Assembly: GCF_963921235.1 (NCBI RefSeq)
Contig: NC_086097.1
Span: 110,548,001 to 110,612,000, forward strand
Length of the DNA: 64,000 bases
From: Mobula hypostoma
Taxonomy: Eukaryota
Direction of reading: 5' to 3'
Positions 13,382 to 25,911 of this stretch are shown here, piece after piece; the first letter of the stretch is position 1, and each line of letters opens with the position of its first letter. The translations under genes were made by a program, and so were the position numbers. The notes beneath the pieces are model-generated. The model worked only from the letters and a program-made list of their open reading frames with translations. It searched no databases and was not told the DNA's origin.

Positions 13382-14210
13382 CAGTGGTATGCGAAAGTTT
13401 GGGCACCCCTGGTCAAAATTTCTGTTACTGTGAATAGCTAAGTGAGTAAAAGATGAACTAATTTCCAAAAGGCATAAAGTTAAAGATGACACATTTCTTT
13501 AATATCTTAAGCAAGAAAACCTTTTATTTCCATCTCTTACAGTTTCAAAAATTTAAAAAAAGGAAAAGCGCCCAAAACAAAAGTTTAGGCACCCTGCATG
13601 GTCAGTACTTAGTAACACCCCCTTTGGCAAGTATCACAGCTTGTAAACGCTTTTTGTAGCCAGCTAAGAGTCTTTCAATTCTTGTTTGGGGGATTTTCGC
13701 CCATTTTTCCTTGCAAAAGGCTTCTAGTTCTGTGAGATTCTTGGGCTGTCTTGCATGCACTGCTCTTTTGAGGTCTATCCACAGATTTTCGATGATGTTT
13801 CGGTCAGGGGACTGTGAGGGCCATGGTAAAACCTTCAGCTTGCACCTCTTGAGGTAGTCCATTGTGGATTTTGGGGTGTGTTTAGCATCATTATCCTGTT
13901 GTAGAAACCATCCTCTTTTCATCTTCAGCTTTTTTACAGACAGTGTGATGTTTGCTTCCAGAATTTGCTGGTATTTGATTGAATTCATTCTTCCCTCTAC
14001 CAGTAAATGTTCCCCATGCCACTGGCTGCAACACAAGCCCAAAGCATGATCGATCCACCCCCGTGCTTGGAGAGAGGTTCTTTTCATGAAATTCTGCACC
14101 CTTTTTTCTCCAAAAACACCTTTGCTCATTGCAGCCAAAAAGTTCTATTTTAACTTCATCAGTTCACAGGACTTGTTTCCAAAATGCATCAGGCTGTTTA
14201 GATGTTCCTT
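13382..14210 (-). mobile_element. Tc1 DNA transposon, 3' half (DD34E transposase C-terminus + one IR/DR terminus)
   Basis: TA|cagtggtatgcgaaagtttgggcaccc terminus, with the inner repeat aaagtttaggcaccc at ~13581. ORF 13602-14138 has FLQQDNDAKH...WPSQSPDRNIIENLW...AVILAKGGVTKY. Confidence 0.92.
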
Positions 14211-14250
14211 TGAACCTTTTGAATAGAACTTTTGCTGACCTGAGATCTGA

Positions 14251-16181
14251 AAAGCCGTGGATGAACCAGGAGGTACGTCGTCTACTGAAGGCTAGATCTG
14301 TGGCATTCAAGTCTGGTAACCCAGGTCTGTACCAGGGCTATTTCAAGGGCGAAGAGACAATTTCAAATGAGGTTGGAGGTGACATCAGATGCACGGCAAT
14401 TCTGGCAAGGTCTGCAAGACATTACTTCCTACAAAGCGAAACCCAATAGCATGAATGGCGGCGATGCTTCACTACCAGATGAACTCAACGCCTTCTATGC
14501 ACGCTTTGAAAGGGAGAATACAACTACAGCTGTGAAGATCCCTGCTGCACCTGATGACCCTGTGATTTCCATCTCGGAGAGCAATGTTCGGCTGTCTTTA
14601 AAGAGAGTGAACCCTCACAAGGTGGAATATCCCCATGGAGTACCTGGTAAGGCTCTGAAAACCTGTGCTAACCAACTAGCGGGAGTATTCAAGGACATTT
14701 TCAACCTGCTATGAGCAGAAGTTCCTACTTGCTTCAAAAAGGCAACAATTATACCAGTGCCTAAGAAGAATAATGTGGGCTGCCTTAATGACTATCGCCC
14801 AGTAGCACTCACATCGAAAGTGATGAAATGCTTGAGATGCTGGTCATGACTAGACTGAACTCCCACCTCAGCAAGGACCTGGACCCACTGCAATTTGCCT
14901 ATCGCCACAATAAGTAAAATGGCAGACGCAATCTCAATAGCTCTCCACATAGCTTTAGACCACCTGGACAAGACAAACACCTATGTCAGGATGCTGTTCA
15001 TCGACTATAGCTCAGAATTTAGTACCATCATTCCCACAATCCTGATTGAGAGGTTGCAGAACCTGGGCCTCTGTACCTCACTCTGCAATTGGATCCTTGT
15101 CTTCCTAACCGGAAGACCAGAATCTGCACAGATTGGTAATAACGTATCCTCCTCGTTGATGATCAACACTGGTGCACCTCAGTGGTGTGTACTTAGCCCA
15201 TTGCTCTACTCTCTATATACACATGACTGTGTGGCTAGGCATAGCTCAAATACCAACTATAAATTTGCTGATGATATAACCATTGTTGGTAGAATCTCAG
15301 GTGGTGACGAGAGGGTGTACAGGAGTGAGATATGCCAACTAGTGGAATGGTGCCACAGCAACAACCTAGCACTCAATGTCAGTAAGACGAAAGAGCTGAT
15401 TATGGATTTCAGGAAGGGTAAGACGAAGCAACTCATGCCAATCCTCAGAGGGATCAGAAGTTGAGAGAATGAGCAGTTTCAAGTTCCTGGATGTCAAGAT
15501 CTCTGGGGATCTAACCTGGTCCCAACATATCAATGTATTTATAAAGAAGGCAAGACAGCGTCTATACTTTATTAGGAGTTTGAAGAGATTTGGCATGTCA
15601 ACAAATTCTCTCAAAAACTTCTATAGTTGTACTGTGGAGGGCATTCTGACAGGCTGCACCACTGTCTGGTATGGAGCGGGTGGCGGGGTGGCTACTGCAC
15701 CGGACCGAAAGAACCTGCAGAGGGTTGTAAATCTAGTCAGCTCTATCTTGGGTACTAGCCCACAAAGTACCCAGGACATCTTCAGGGAACGGCGTCTCAG
15801 AAAGGCAGCGTCCATTATTAAGGACCTCCAGCACCCAGGGCAAACCCCTTTTCTCACCGTTACCATCAGGTAGAACGTACAGAAGCCTGAAGGCACACAC
15901 TCAGTGATTCAAGAACAGCTTCTTCCCCTCTGCCATCCAATTCCTAAATAGACACTGAATCTTTGGACCTACCTCACTTTTTAAAGATATACAATATTTC
16001 TGTTTTTGTACTTTATAAAAAGTCTATTCAATATACGTAATTGATTTACTTGTTCATTTATTATTTTTTATTTATTATTATTTTTTCTCTGCTGGATTAT
16101 GTATTGCATTGAACTGCTGCTGCTAAGTGAACAACCTTCACATCACATGCCAGTGATAATAAACCTGATTCTGACTCTGAA
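14251..16181 (+). mobile_element. Rex-Babar-type LINE, 5'-truncated, RT fragmented by frameshifts
   Basis: [53 protein letters not shown], ataataaacctgattctga tail; possible TCTGAA TSD. Confidence 0.9.
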
Positions 16182-18600
16182 GGCAGCATTCCTATCTCTC
16201 AGCCATGCCAGGACCTCAGCTGTCAGCCATGACTTCTGATCTGCCCTCATGTAGATGTGTTTAGTAACAGTGACATCCTCAGTGCACTTCTCTATGTAGC
16301 CTGTCACAGATCTCACATATTCATCAATATCAATGTGATAGTCGTAGGTAGTCACCTCTCTGAACATACTCCAGTCCGTGTTTCTAAATCAGTCCTGAAT
16401 GCAGAGGCTGCTGATTCTAGCCAGATCTTTATCTCCCTTTGAACTGGTCTGACATGTTTAATCAGTGATTGATAGGCAGGAGTTATCACAACAGATAAGT
16501 GGTCAGTGAATCTGATGTGGTGGTAGGGATGAGGATGAGGAGCAGCTTTGTATGAAACAGAGATGTTGGAATAAACTAGGCCTAATGTGCTCTCACCTCC
16601 GGTAACAAAGTCAACAGACTGACAGAACGTAAGCAGGACTGGGTCCCAGCTATGCCTGCCTGTCTGTCGGGTATGTGGAACAGTCAATGTTCCAAGTCTA
16701 CACCGGTGACCGTTCCACACTTTTCCTACGCTACATCGATGACTGCCTTTGGTGCTGCTTCCTGCACCCATGCTGAACTCGTCAACTTCTTCAACTTTGC
16801 CTCCAACTTTCACCCTGCCTTCAAGTTTACCTGATCCATTTCCGACACCTCACTCCCCTTTCTCGATCTCACCGTCCTGATCTCCTGAGACAGCTTATCC
16901 ACTGGAGTCTATTACAGACCCACAGACTCTCAGAGCTACCTGGACTGCACCACATCCCACTCTGCTACTTGTAAAAACACCATCCCCTTCTCTCAATTCC
17001 TTTGTCTCCGCTGCATCTACACTCAGGATGAGGCTTTTCATTCTAGAACGAAGATGTCCTCCTTTTTCAAAGAAAGGGGCTCCCTTCTTCCACCATCATC
17101 ACTGCCCTCAACCACATTTCTTTCATTTCACGCATGGCTGCTCTTACCCCATCCTCCTGCCATCCCACCAGGGATAGGGTTCCCCTTGTCCTCGCCTACC
17201 AGCCTCCACGTCCAGCACATAATTCTCCAAAACTTCTGCCACCTCCAACTGGATCCCACCACCAAACACATCTTTTCCTCCCCCCTTACTTTCTGCTTTC
17301 CACAGGGATCACTCCCTACACGACTCCCTTGTCCACTCGTCCCTCCCCACTGATCTCTCTCCTAGCACTTATCCTTGCAAGCGGAACAGGTACTTCACCT
17401 GCCCCTACACCTCCTCCCTCACTACCTACACAGTCCTTCCAGGTGAGGCGACACTTCACCTCGAGTCTGTTGGGGTCATATACTATTGTCTGGTGCTCCT
17501 GGTGTGGCCTCCTGTATATCGGTGAGACCTGACATAGATTGGGAGACTGCTTTGCTGAGCACCTATGCTTCATCCACCAGAAAAAGCAGGATCTCCCAGT
17601 GGCCACTCATTTTAATTCCACTTCCCATTCCTATTCCAATATATCCATCCATAGCCTCCAACCTAATGGCATCAACATCGACTTCTCAAACTTCCAGTAA
17701 GGCCCCCACCCACCCTCCTTCACCAATTCCCATCCCCTTTTCCCTCTCTCACCTTATCTCCTTGCCCACCTATTGCCTCCTTCTGGTGCTTCCATCCATG
17801 GCCTTCCTTCCATGGCCTTCTGTCTCTTTCACTAATCACCTTCCCAGCTCTTTACTTCATCCTTCCCCCTCCAGGTTTCACCTATCACCTTGTGTTTCTC
17901 TCTTCGCTTCCCCCACCTTTCAAATCTATTGCTCAGCTTTTTTTTCTCAGTCCTGCCAAAGGGTTTTGGCCTGAAACATCGACTGTACTCCTTTCCGAGA
18001 TGCTGCCTGGCCTGTTGAGTTCCTCCAGCATTTTGTGTGTGTTGCTCGGATTTCCAGCGTCTGAAGATTTTCTCTCGTTTGCTTTTCAGCTAGCGTGTCC
18101 AAAGTCGCCAGCAACAATAAAAGAACTATCTACATTTTCAAGTCACTGATGGGGTCGTAGAGCTCACGCAGTGTCTGCCCAGTATTAGCGGGTGGGTGAT
18201 GTATACAGCCACAATCACAATAGCAGTGAACTCCCTCAGTAAACCAGCACTCTACTATAGGCATACAGTGGGTCGTCACCACCAGTAGATAAACATGCAC
18301 CGCGCATCTTGCCAGAAATCATGGGAATTCTGTCAACATGAAAAGAATCGAAACCCTCTGGCTTGATGGCTGCTTCAAGGGTGGTATCCTGAAGCCACGC
18401 TTCCATCAGGAAGAGGACACAGCAGTCCTTCATCTCACGCTGATTCAGTCTCAGATGCAGGTAATCTAACAGCTTTCTAGTGATCGAAATCCTGAAAGCA
18501 GAATCTATGAAAGAACAGGCCTGAAGGGTTTCACCTATAGTTTTACACGACCACCAGTGTGCTTTCCTCTCCTTTGCTTCCTTGCGCACTGCCTCCAATG
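16182..18600 (-). mobile_element. Older Rex-Babar-type LINE (endonuclease region), split by Penelope 16630-18095
   Basis: CCVLFLMEAWL (18236-18604 ORF), YKAAPHPH...DHLSVVITPAY, SVTGYIEKCTEDV. Confidence 0.7.
16630..18095 (+). mobile_element. Penelope-like element (RT C-terminal half + GIY-YIG + terminus)
   Basis: GPSYACLSVGYVEQ, FLRYIDD, IPFSQFLCLRCI, WCSWCGLLYIGET; terminus has a decayed hammerhead (cagtcCTGCCAA...GAAAcatcgactg). Confidence 0.88.
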
Positions 18601-18924
18601 ACATCTTCCCTGGGTGGCTGCAGCAGACAACAACATGGTGGGCAATAAACCCATACTGTGAAGCTCATCTGCTTTCCAACAACTCGCTAGTGAGGTAGAC
18701 TCACAGTACTTGGTATCCAGCAGTTTCTTATGATCGTAACAAGGCTGTAAAGGACGAACAATTGCACCTTTAGTTGGAGCTGGAGTGACCGCTGCATCTG
18801 GACGTGCCACCATCCTTGAGGTTGGGCGGAAAGCTTGTGGGCTACCCAGCACGATCCTCACTGATTTGCCGCAAACAACATATTTCATTGTATGTCTCAA
18901 TGCTTTGATGTTGATTGGTCGGCT

Positions 18925-19400
18925 CCCAAAGTTCATCATCACAAGCCTGGGCGGAAGGGAAGGAGATCCTGACACCCAGTCATCAAGATCTCCCTCTCAG
19001 CCTCACCAGTGTATTCCAAAGGAAGCAATATGTTTGGCACCAGCTTGGCTGCAGGAGCTGCCGGAAGGATGCTGAATGATGTCCAGCTGCCTTAGGGCTC
19101 CACTCCGGATTTGCTGTCTGGTTTACTCCCATAACCTTTGTCTTTCCCGAGGCTGCCAACATGGCAGTGGGGCTATTTACCCATAGCTGGGGATCTGGTT
19201 CACAAGCACTAGGGCATGTCCGCACACAGGTAGACCTGCGTGCTACGTGTGCAGGGGCCAGACTCCACCCCGTCTTCTGAAGTTCAGCCCATCTAAAAGG
19301 AGTTTAGTTTCCATGTGTCACTCACAAGGAGCCACTACATGAGGCTTGCTGTTGGAGAGGCTATCTATTGGCAGGGAGAGACTTACGTATTCAGCTCTCC
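18925..19400 (-). mobile_element. Probable RTE-clade LINE 5' region fragment
   Basis: Minus strand gggagtaaaccagacagcaaatccggagtggagccc resembles RTE 5' regions as I recall them; no catalytic motif seen. Confidence 0.35.
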
Positions 19401-19919
19401 TTTTCGCAAGACCGCTAGCCAGCGGTGGAAGCTGAAAGTGACAGCGAAAAGCACTACCCACTACACTATCTCACTAGACACGTCACTACAACCATTTTGA
19501 GGTACTTGAGACAAATAAAGCTAAACTCTTTAATCTCTATATTGATGACTGGTAAGGCTAACACCATCTTTACAGAATATCAATGGATGGAATTGATGTC
19601 ATCCTTAATCTTTCACAAAACTCATATCACTTTCCCTCGATGCCCCAGTTCACTTATTTGAGAATACCACAATTCTCTGTGTATTTCAAAACATTGTGGT
19701 CATCTTTCAACTTGTCTTTTTTAATCTGACTTTTGTCCATTTAAAAAAAACAGCTTCAAAATCCAAGCCCTTCATCAAAGCCCCAGGAACACCACTTCTA
19801 CCACTGATCTCTTCCTCATCCATTTTGTTTTATCATTACATTCTTCCTAGTGGCTGCAGAAGAATACATTCCCTCTGTGAAAAATCCTTCCTGATATCAC
19901 AGCTGTGCTTCAACAGCTG

Positions 19920-20720
19920 AGCAGCGTGGAAAGATAGTGCCAGTGGCTTTTGCAGAGCTAAGCGACTTCATCCAGTTCATCCACAAAACAGCTTCTCTTA
20001 GGTCTATTCTTTCTTTTCAAAGTTGTCGGGGTTCTATCAAAGTCCGTGATCTACAGTTCAGCCTGTGGTTCTTTGCATGTGGTGGGTTTTCAGACCCGCT
20101 GTGCAGCCCAGCGCTTCGCTATCTCCAGGAATGGCCTGGAAGGGGTGCACCCTCGGGCAGTAGCCCCGTAAATGACATGGTTCCTCACTGATTGTGTAGA
20201 CTGAAGTGTCTTGGGAGACTGCAACATTGAGACAACAGGTGGCGTGCTTGCTGGTCGCCAGCTCCTGGCGGAAGAAGGTCCTTGTACGTGATCAATCCTT
20301 CTCTCTCTCTTTTGATGGAGAGTGAGAGCCTGCCGGTCCTTGAGATGGGAGCTTGGAGAAGCGATGCAGAAGATTGTAATATTGGAATAGCGAGTTGCTG
20401 GTCTCCACTCTCACTGTTGCAGGAGTGACCTCTCCCTCCATCGCTAGTGAGAGTGAGCCTGTCTGGGATTCTGGAGTGCTAAACTATGGACTGTTTTGAT
20501 GGGCTCTGGATCAAGGTCTCTTTGGAGGCCTTTGCTGTTGCTTGCGTAGTGGGGGGCAGTTGGAGCTTCTGCTGGCACGAGTGGGGGGGGTTCGATGCTT
20601 TTGCTGCTGCTAGTGCAGAGGGTGTGGGAGGGGATTGGGGGCTTCAATGTTCTATCATTCATTCTATGGGATCTCTTGTTTTGTGGGTGTTGGTGAAGAG
20701 TATGAACTTCAGGTTGTATT
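19920..20720 (+). mobile_element. Non-autonomous non-LTR element related to 8000-8828
   Basis: Shares the 3' G/T-rich segment (gtctctttgg..tttgct..ggggg..tcattcattct.tggg..gaagag.atgaacttcaggttgta). Confidence 0.5.
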
Positions 20721-21320
20721 AAATGTTTAGTTTATCTGCCTCACCCAGTGACAACCACTGATCATTTCTGTACATGGCTGCCCAGTACAAATCCAATTTG
20801 TAAAAATTAAATGAGCTGGGCCACTGCCTTTATGACATTATAATAATTGTTAATTCTAGTTAAGCATTCAAGCACTGGAAGTATTGAAACTATTCTAAGT
20901 ATGGAATGTTCTTTCTGACAAACATTGTTCAAGAAATTTTAAAAAGAATTTCAGCTCACATTTCTGTCGACTTTTCTCCATTCTTCCAACTGCTCATTTC
21001 TTTATTTCATTTGGCAATGAACCTATCTCTTCCACATAACATTTTGTCTTGCAGGTTTCTTTTCCTTATTTCTCAACTTTTCAGTCTGATTGGTTATGCA
21101 GAGAAACTGTTGCTTCTCCTGAAATTTCTACAAAAAGTAGTGGCTTTGGTTAAGCCCTCCCAACCACTGAGCATATCTACAAAGCCATTGTTGTAGGAAA
21201 GCAGCATCCACCATCAGAGATCCTTCCTACCCAGACCATGCTCCCTTCTTGCTGCTGCCATCAAGTAGAAGGTACAAGAGCCTCAGGACTTGCACCACCC
21301 GGTTCAAGAACAGTTACTAT

Positions 21321-21945
21321 GATTATGATTATGATTATGAGGACACACAGTCCTCTTTTATTGTCATTTAGTAATGCTTGCATTAAGAAATGATACAACA
21401 TTCCTCCAGTGTGATATCACAGAAACACAGGACAGACCAAGACTGAAAAACTAATAAAAACCACATAATTATAACATATAGTTACAACAGTGCAACAATA
21501 CCATAACTTGATGAAGAACAGGCCATGGCACAGTAAAAAAGTTCAAAGTCTCTCGAAAGACCCACATCTCACGCAGATGGGAGAAGGAAGAAAACTCTCC
21601 CTGCCATGCCCGACCACAGTCCGACTCTGAGTCGTCCAAAAACTTCGAGCTCTGATCAGCCCTCCAACACTGAGTACCGAGCACCACCTCTGCCGAACGC
21701 TTCGACCTCAGCCTCGGTTGCCAGCAGCAGGCAAAGCCGGGGATTTTAGAGCCTTCTCTCTGGAGATTCTCGATCGCACAGTAGTGGCAGCGAACCGGGC
21801 ATTTCAGAAATTTCTCCAGATGTTCCTCTGCTTCTCATGTCTGTCTTCATCAAATCAGAATTGTCCACAGCATCCTACTTACAAATACGATATCATTTCA
21901 CCGGCGAGCTGCGCGCGCTGCGTCGCGCCGTCAACTTCTCCTCCC
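21321..21945 (-). mobile_element. ~630-bp non-autonomous non-LTR element (copy 1)
   Basis: Closely similar reverse-complement copy of 48696-49326; tail aataaaagaggactgtgtgtcctc(ataatc)n. Confidence 0.85.
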
Positions 21946-21965
21946 GCCACCACTATCCATAACTA

Positions 21966-23392
21966 CAGGTGTCCCCCGCTTTTCGAACGTTCATTTTACA
22001 AAACCTCACTGTTATGAAAGACCTACATTAGTTACCTGTTTTCGCTAACAGAAGGTGTTTTCACTGTTACGAAAAAAGCAGCACGCGATAAAAGGCAGCA
22101 TGCAAAAAAAAATCAGCACACGCCCCGAGCAGCCGCTCTCTCCTAGATTTGGAACGGCATACTAGCCGGCATTGCTTTAACATACGCCTGTGAGCAGCCG
22201 TTAGCAAGATGAGTTCTAAGGTATTGGAAAAGCCTGAGAGAGCTCGTAAGGGTGTTACACTTAGTGTAAAACTAGACATGTTTTGATCATGGTGGACAAA
22301 GTAAGGACAAAGTGAGTTTGGCTTGTGGAAGATGACGAAGATGATGTTGAAGAGGTTTTGGCATCCTATGACCAAGAACTGATAGATGAAGAGCTGATGC
22401 AATTGGAAGAGGAAAGGATAACAATCGAAACCGAATGAGTAATAATAAAGTACGACTTTAATTTTGAAAGCGTACGTTGGTTTAGGGCATATTTGCAAGA
22501 TGGTTTGAGTCCTTACAAAGGACTGTATGATAGAAAAATGTGCGAGGCTAAGCAGTCAAGCATACTGTCGTTTTTCAAGACTTCCACATCAGCCACAGCA
22601 GACGACGAACCTCGACCTTCGACATCGAGGCAGGCAGATATCGAAGAAGAGGATCTGCTTGCCCTGATGGAAACAGTTGACACCCCAGGGTCCCACCACT
22701 CCAACCCCCAGGCCATGGACAGATACCGATTCGCGGAGAATGCAGCAGTAGCGGGGAGGCACACAGCACACCTTTAAGAAAAAAGCCGAAATAAACAAGC
22801 TAATTAATTACACGCCGAGCGGCAACTAATTAATTAGTACGTTTATTTCGGCTTTTTTCTTAAAGATGTGCTGGGTGCCTCCCGGCTACTGCTGTACCCC
22901 TGCATGCTTCGCGTATCAGTATCGGTTCGCTGCCTGGAGGGTGGGGGCCACTACACTGCCCCAACTTGCGACGACTCAGTCTAACACACCATTATCAGTG
23001 TGCTCGATGTCTTCCCAATTCCTGTAAGTGATACTACACAGTACATACATTATTTCTACTTTATATAGGCTATGTATTTTTACGTGTTATTTGGTATGAT
23101 TTTGCGTGAGATTTTCGCTACAGAGAACAGTTCAGGCAATGACTGTGGAAAAGTATTTCTACTTTATATAGGCTGTGTATTTATCATATCATTCCTGCTT
23201 TTACTATATGTTACTGTTATTTTAGGTTTTATGTGTTATTTGGCATGATTTTGTAGGTTATTTTTTGGGTCTGCGAACTCCCACAAAATTTTCCCATATA
23301 AATAAATGGTAATTGCTTCTTCGCTTTACGACATTCCGGCTTACGAACTGTTTCATAGGAATGCTCTACCTTTGGATGGCGGGGGAAACCTG
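21966..23392 (+). mobile_element. Tigger/pogo DNA transposon, internally deleted
   Basis: TA|caggtgtcccccgc...gcgggggaaacctg|TA. Remnants MSSKV..RKGVTLSVKLD, DVEEVLASYDQELIDEELMQLEEE, YKGLYDRKMCEAKQSSILSFFK. Confidence 0.85.
22743..22894. repeat. 68-bp-arm inverted repeat within Tigger (probable MITE core)
   Basis: Arms 22743-22810 and 22827-22894 (…ctttaagaaaaaagccgaaataaac…taattaatta / taattaatta…gtttatttcggcttttttcttaaag…). Confidence 0.85.
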
Positions 23393-23635
23393 TATCACAT
23401 TCTTGAACAAAGGGGATTATTACACTCACTTGCCCATCCATTGAGATGTTCCTACAACCAATAATCTCACATTAAGGACTCTTTATCCCCCATACTCATT
23501 ATTTATTGCTGCTTATTTACATTTGCACAGTTTGTCTTCTGCAGTCTGGTTGATCTTTCACTGATCCTGTTACAGTTACTATTCAATAGATTTGCTGAGT
23601 ATGCCCACAGGAAAATGAATCACAGGGTTGTATAT

Positions 23636-24640
23636 AGTGGCGGGGTCCTGAATTACCCCTATGAACTGTGCTCGATTACCCCTATGAACTGTGCTTTTGA
23701 AAGGAGAGAGAGAGTGTTATCTAACACCAACATGTTGCTTTGAAAAGTGAGAGAGAAAGGAAGAGAGAGAGAGACGAAGACTCTTTTGAGATGGTGTTGT
23801 GAACCCCTAAGGTTCATATTTCCTGTGGACTGTCACTTTAAGGCACGAGGAACTTTTGGATTTCTGCTGAGTTGGAGAGGGAAGGCACCGTAGCAGCTCG
23901 TAAGTCGCTATGGTGACCGAGGGCGGCGTTATTTGATGGACAATCAATGTTATGATTTTTCAGCGGCATGTTTACACTTCCCAAGGACATGGCATGCTAG
24001 TGCATTCTTACACAGACAGAGATGGGAGGAGTTATTTGAATGAGAGTTGGTACTCAGTACGGTGAGATAAATAGAAGGTTAGATGATAGACTTCCAGCAC
24101 GTGTTTTTGGATACTGAATGAGCTTTGTTGTGCCCACAGAAAAAGTAGGTTTTTGGAGGATCGATCAGTGGCTCTTGCAGTGAGAAAAGGGAGTGACCAG
24201 TGGGGAGTTGTCCATGTGTTCATCTTTGCCTGGGTCGATGATTCCACCACAGAAAAATGGTCCCCTTTGTTGAAGTCACAGTCGGTAACTTTTCAAGGAT
24301 TTCGGAGGACAACGGGAAGATAGATTGCGTCAGCTCACCTGAAGACTCAAATCTCTCCCTCCCTCTCTCTCCATCACTACTCAACTCAACACCACGAACT
24401 GAAATGAACTTTACTCATTGTCGTAAGACTATCTACTTACCCCTAGACTTGAAGAAGCTTGGTTTTCATATATATTCCACACTTACTTATATATAATCAT
24501 TGCTAACCTGTTTGATTTATCTACATTTATATTACTGTATTGCGTAGTTACTAATAAATATTATTAGTTAATAGCAATACTGGATTCCAAAGTGTTTTCC
24601 ATCTCTGTTGGTTCTGTAACCCGTAACAGGGTACGTGACT
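23636..24640 (+). mobile_element. Solo LTR (Gypsy, related to the 37973-43775 element)
   Basis: ATAT|AGT...ACT|ATAT. The 3' ~90 nt (aataaa...tccat.tctg.tggtt...aacc..gt.ac.ggggtacgt.ac) resembles the U5 end of the Gmr1-like LTR. Confidence 0.75.
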
Positions 24641-25113
24641 ATATATACACACACACACTCTTTGATAATAACATTTACTTTGAACTTAGACTACTTCAGC
24701 CTTAGAAAATCCATTTTAGCCTGTGTTTGGAGTAACTTGCCACCAAGGTTTTGTGTGTTCATGTGTTCAGTTTCATGCTTGTGTTAATGCAACACAGAAT
24801 GAATATTTGAAAAGAGTGAATGATTTTATAGACCATCAAGTAGTCAGCTACAAAACTGCACCAAATGCATCCTGTAAAATTCATCCTTCAATCATTTACA
24901 AACACTTATTTGTCAGACCATATTAGTCAAAACCTGAAGCTTTGATGCAAAGTCACAATGCATTGTTATTATTGATGTAACAGCATTAGTTTCACATCAA
25001 AAAATATTTCAAATATGTACCGTCAATATACATAATTTTAAACTTACCATCTTAAATATCATTAATAGTTAAAGAATAAACCCAGATCACCCTAGACAGT
25101 ACGTGAGCTTTAC

Positions 25114-25193
25114 CTCTGTGTTGTGACTATGAACTCCAAGTTCTCCTGCTCTCCATAAAGATGACTTGTATCAAAAATCAAGCTGAATTCGTA
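25114..25193 (-). CDS. ITGA9: Integrin alpha-9-like coding exon (80 bp); not in the ORF track
   Basis: cctgcAG|TAC GAA TTC AGC TTG ATT TTT GAT ACA AGT CAT CTT TAT GGA GAG CAG GAG AAC TTG GAG TTC ATA GTC ACA ACA CAG AG|GTaaag = YEFSLIFDTSHLYGEQENLEFIVTTQ (ITGA9 as recalled: YEFSVIFDTSHLSGEEEVLSFIVTAQS). Confidence 0.93.
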
Positions 25194-25495
25194 CTGCAGG
25201 TAAAAAGAAAGATTTGAGGATAAGTGCATGAACTCAGCAGAAAGGAGCATATACAACAGCATTGACCTTCCAGAGTATAAAGTTGACTAGAGATAAGGAA
25301 TAGCACATTTCGTCACCTCTACCTATGTACTTCAAGGAAAGACCAGCAGTAAGATACTGTCATGATCCAGTTAGCACTGAGAACATAAATGAGCCGCTAG
25401 TGCCCACCCCATCTGCAGAAAAGCCTGTAGATCTCACACTGGTCCCATCAGTAACCTCGGAATCCACGAAACCAACAAGTTTTTCTGAATACTAA

Positions 25496-25911
25496 AGCCT
25501 GATGTATACTTCTGCATCAAATGTACGCCGTACCTACGCCGCACCCTACACCGTAGGGTGATGTGCACCTTCCCAAAAAAGTAACTCACACAAAGCGGCG
25601 ACACAGACTGCAACAACTGTGATTGGTCCGCTTGGTAGCATCGCATTTCTGGTTGCTTTTCTCCGCCATGTCTGTACACTGATGTGAAATAAATGGTTGG
25701 AGACGATGAACCAAATCATCAAATCTACCTGCCGACATCCGAAAATATTTGAACTGCATTTCCTTGTCCATGTCTCTCACGAAGAAACTCAACACAATGG
25801 CATAGAAACCCCACCGCCAACTAGCATTTTGGTGGTGAATTGCAGAGTGACGCAGACACAACAACGCATGCTCGCTACAGCGTAGAGCTACGCAGAAGTA
25901 TAAATCAGGCT
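25496..25911 (-). mobile_element. PIF/Harbinger non-autonomous element (416 bp)
   Basis: TAA TSD (25493-95, 25912-14); 20-bp TIRs agcctgatgtatacttctgc / gcagaagtataaatcaggct; transposase remnant QFKYFRMSAGRFDDLVHRLQPFISHQCT. Confidence 0.88.

Larger units (their letters stand above)
21190..24690 (+). mobile_element. Rex-type LINE 3' end carrying three nested insertions
   Basis: gcagcatccaccatcagagatcc...ccatcaagtagaaggtacaagagcc...aagaacagttac, resuming at 23395 and at 24641 (tttgataataacatttactttgaactt tail). Confidence 0.7.
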
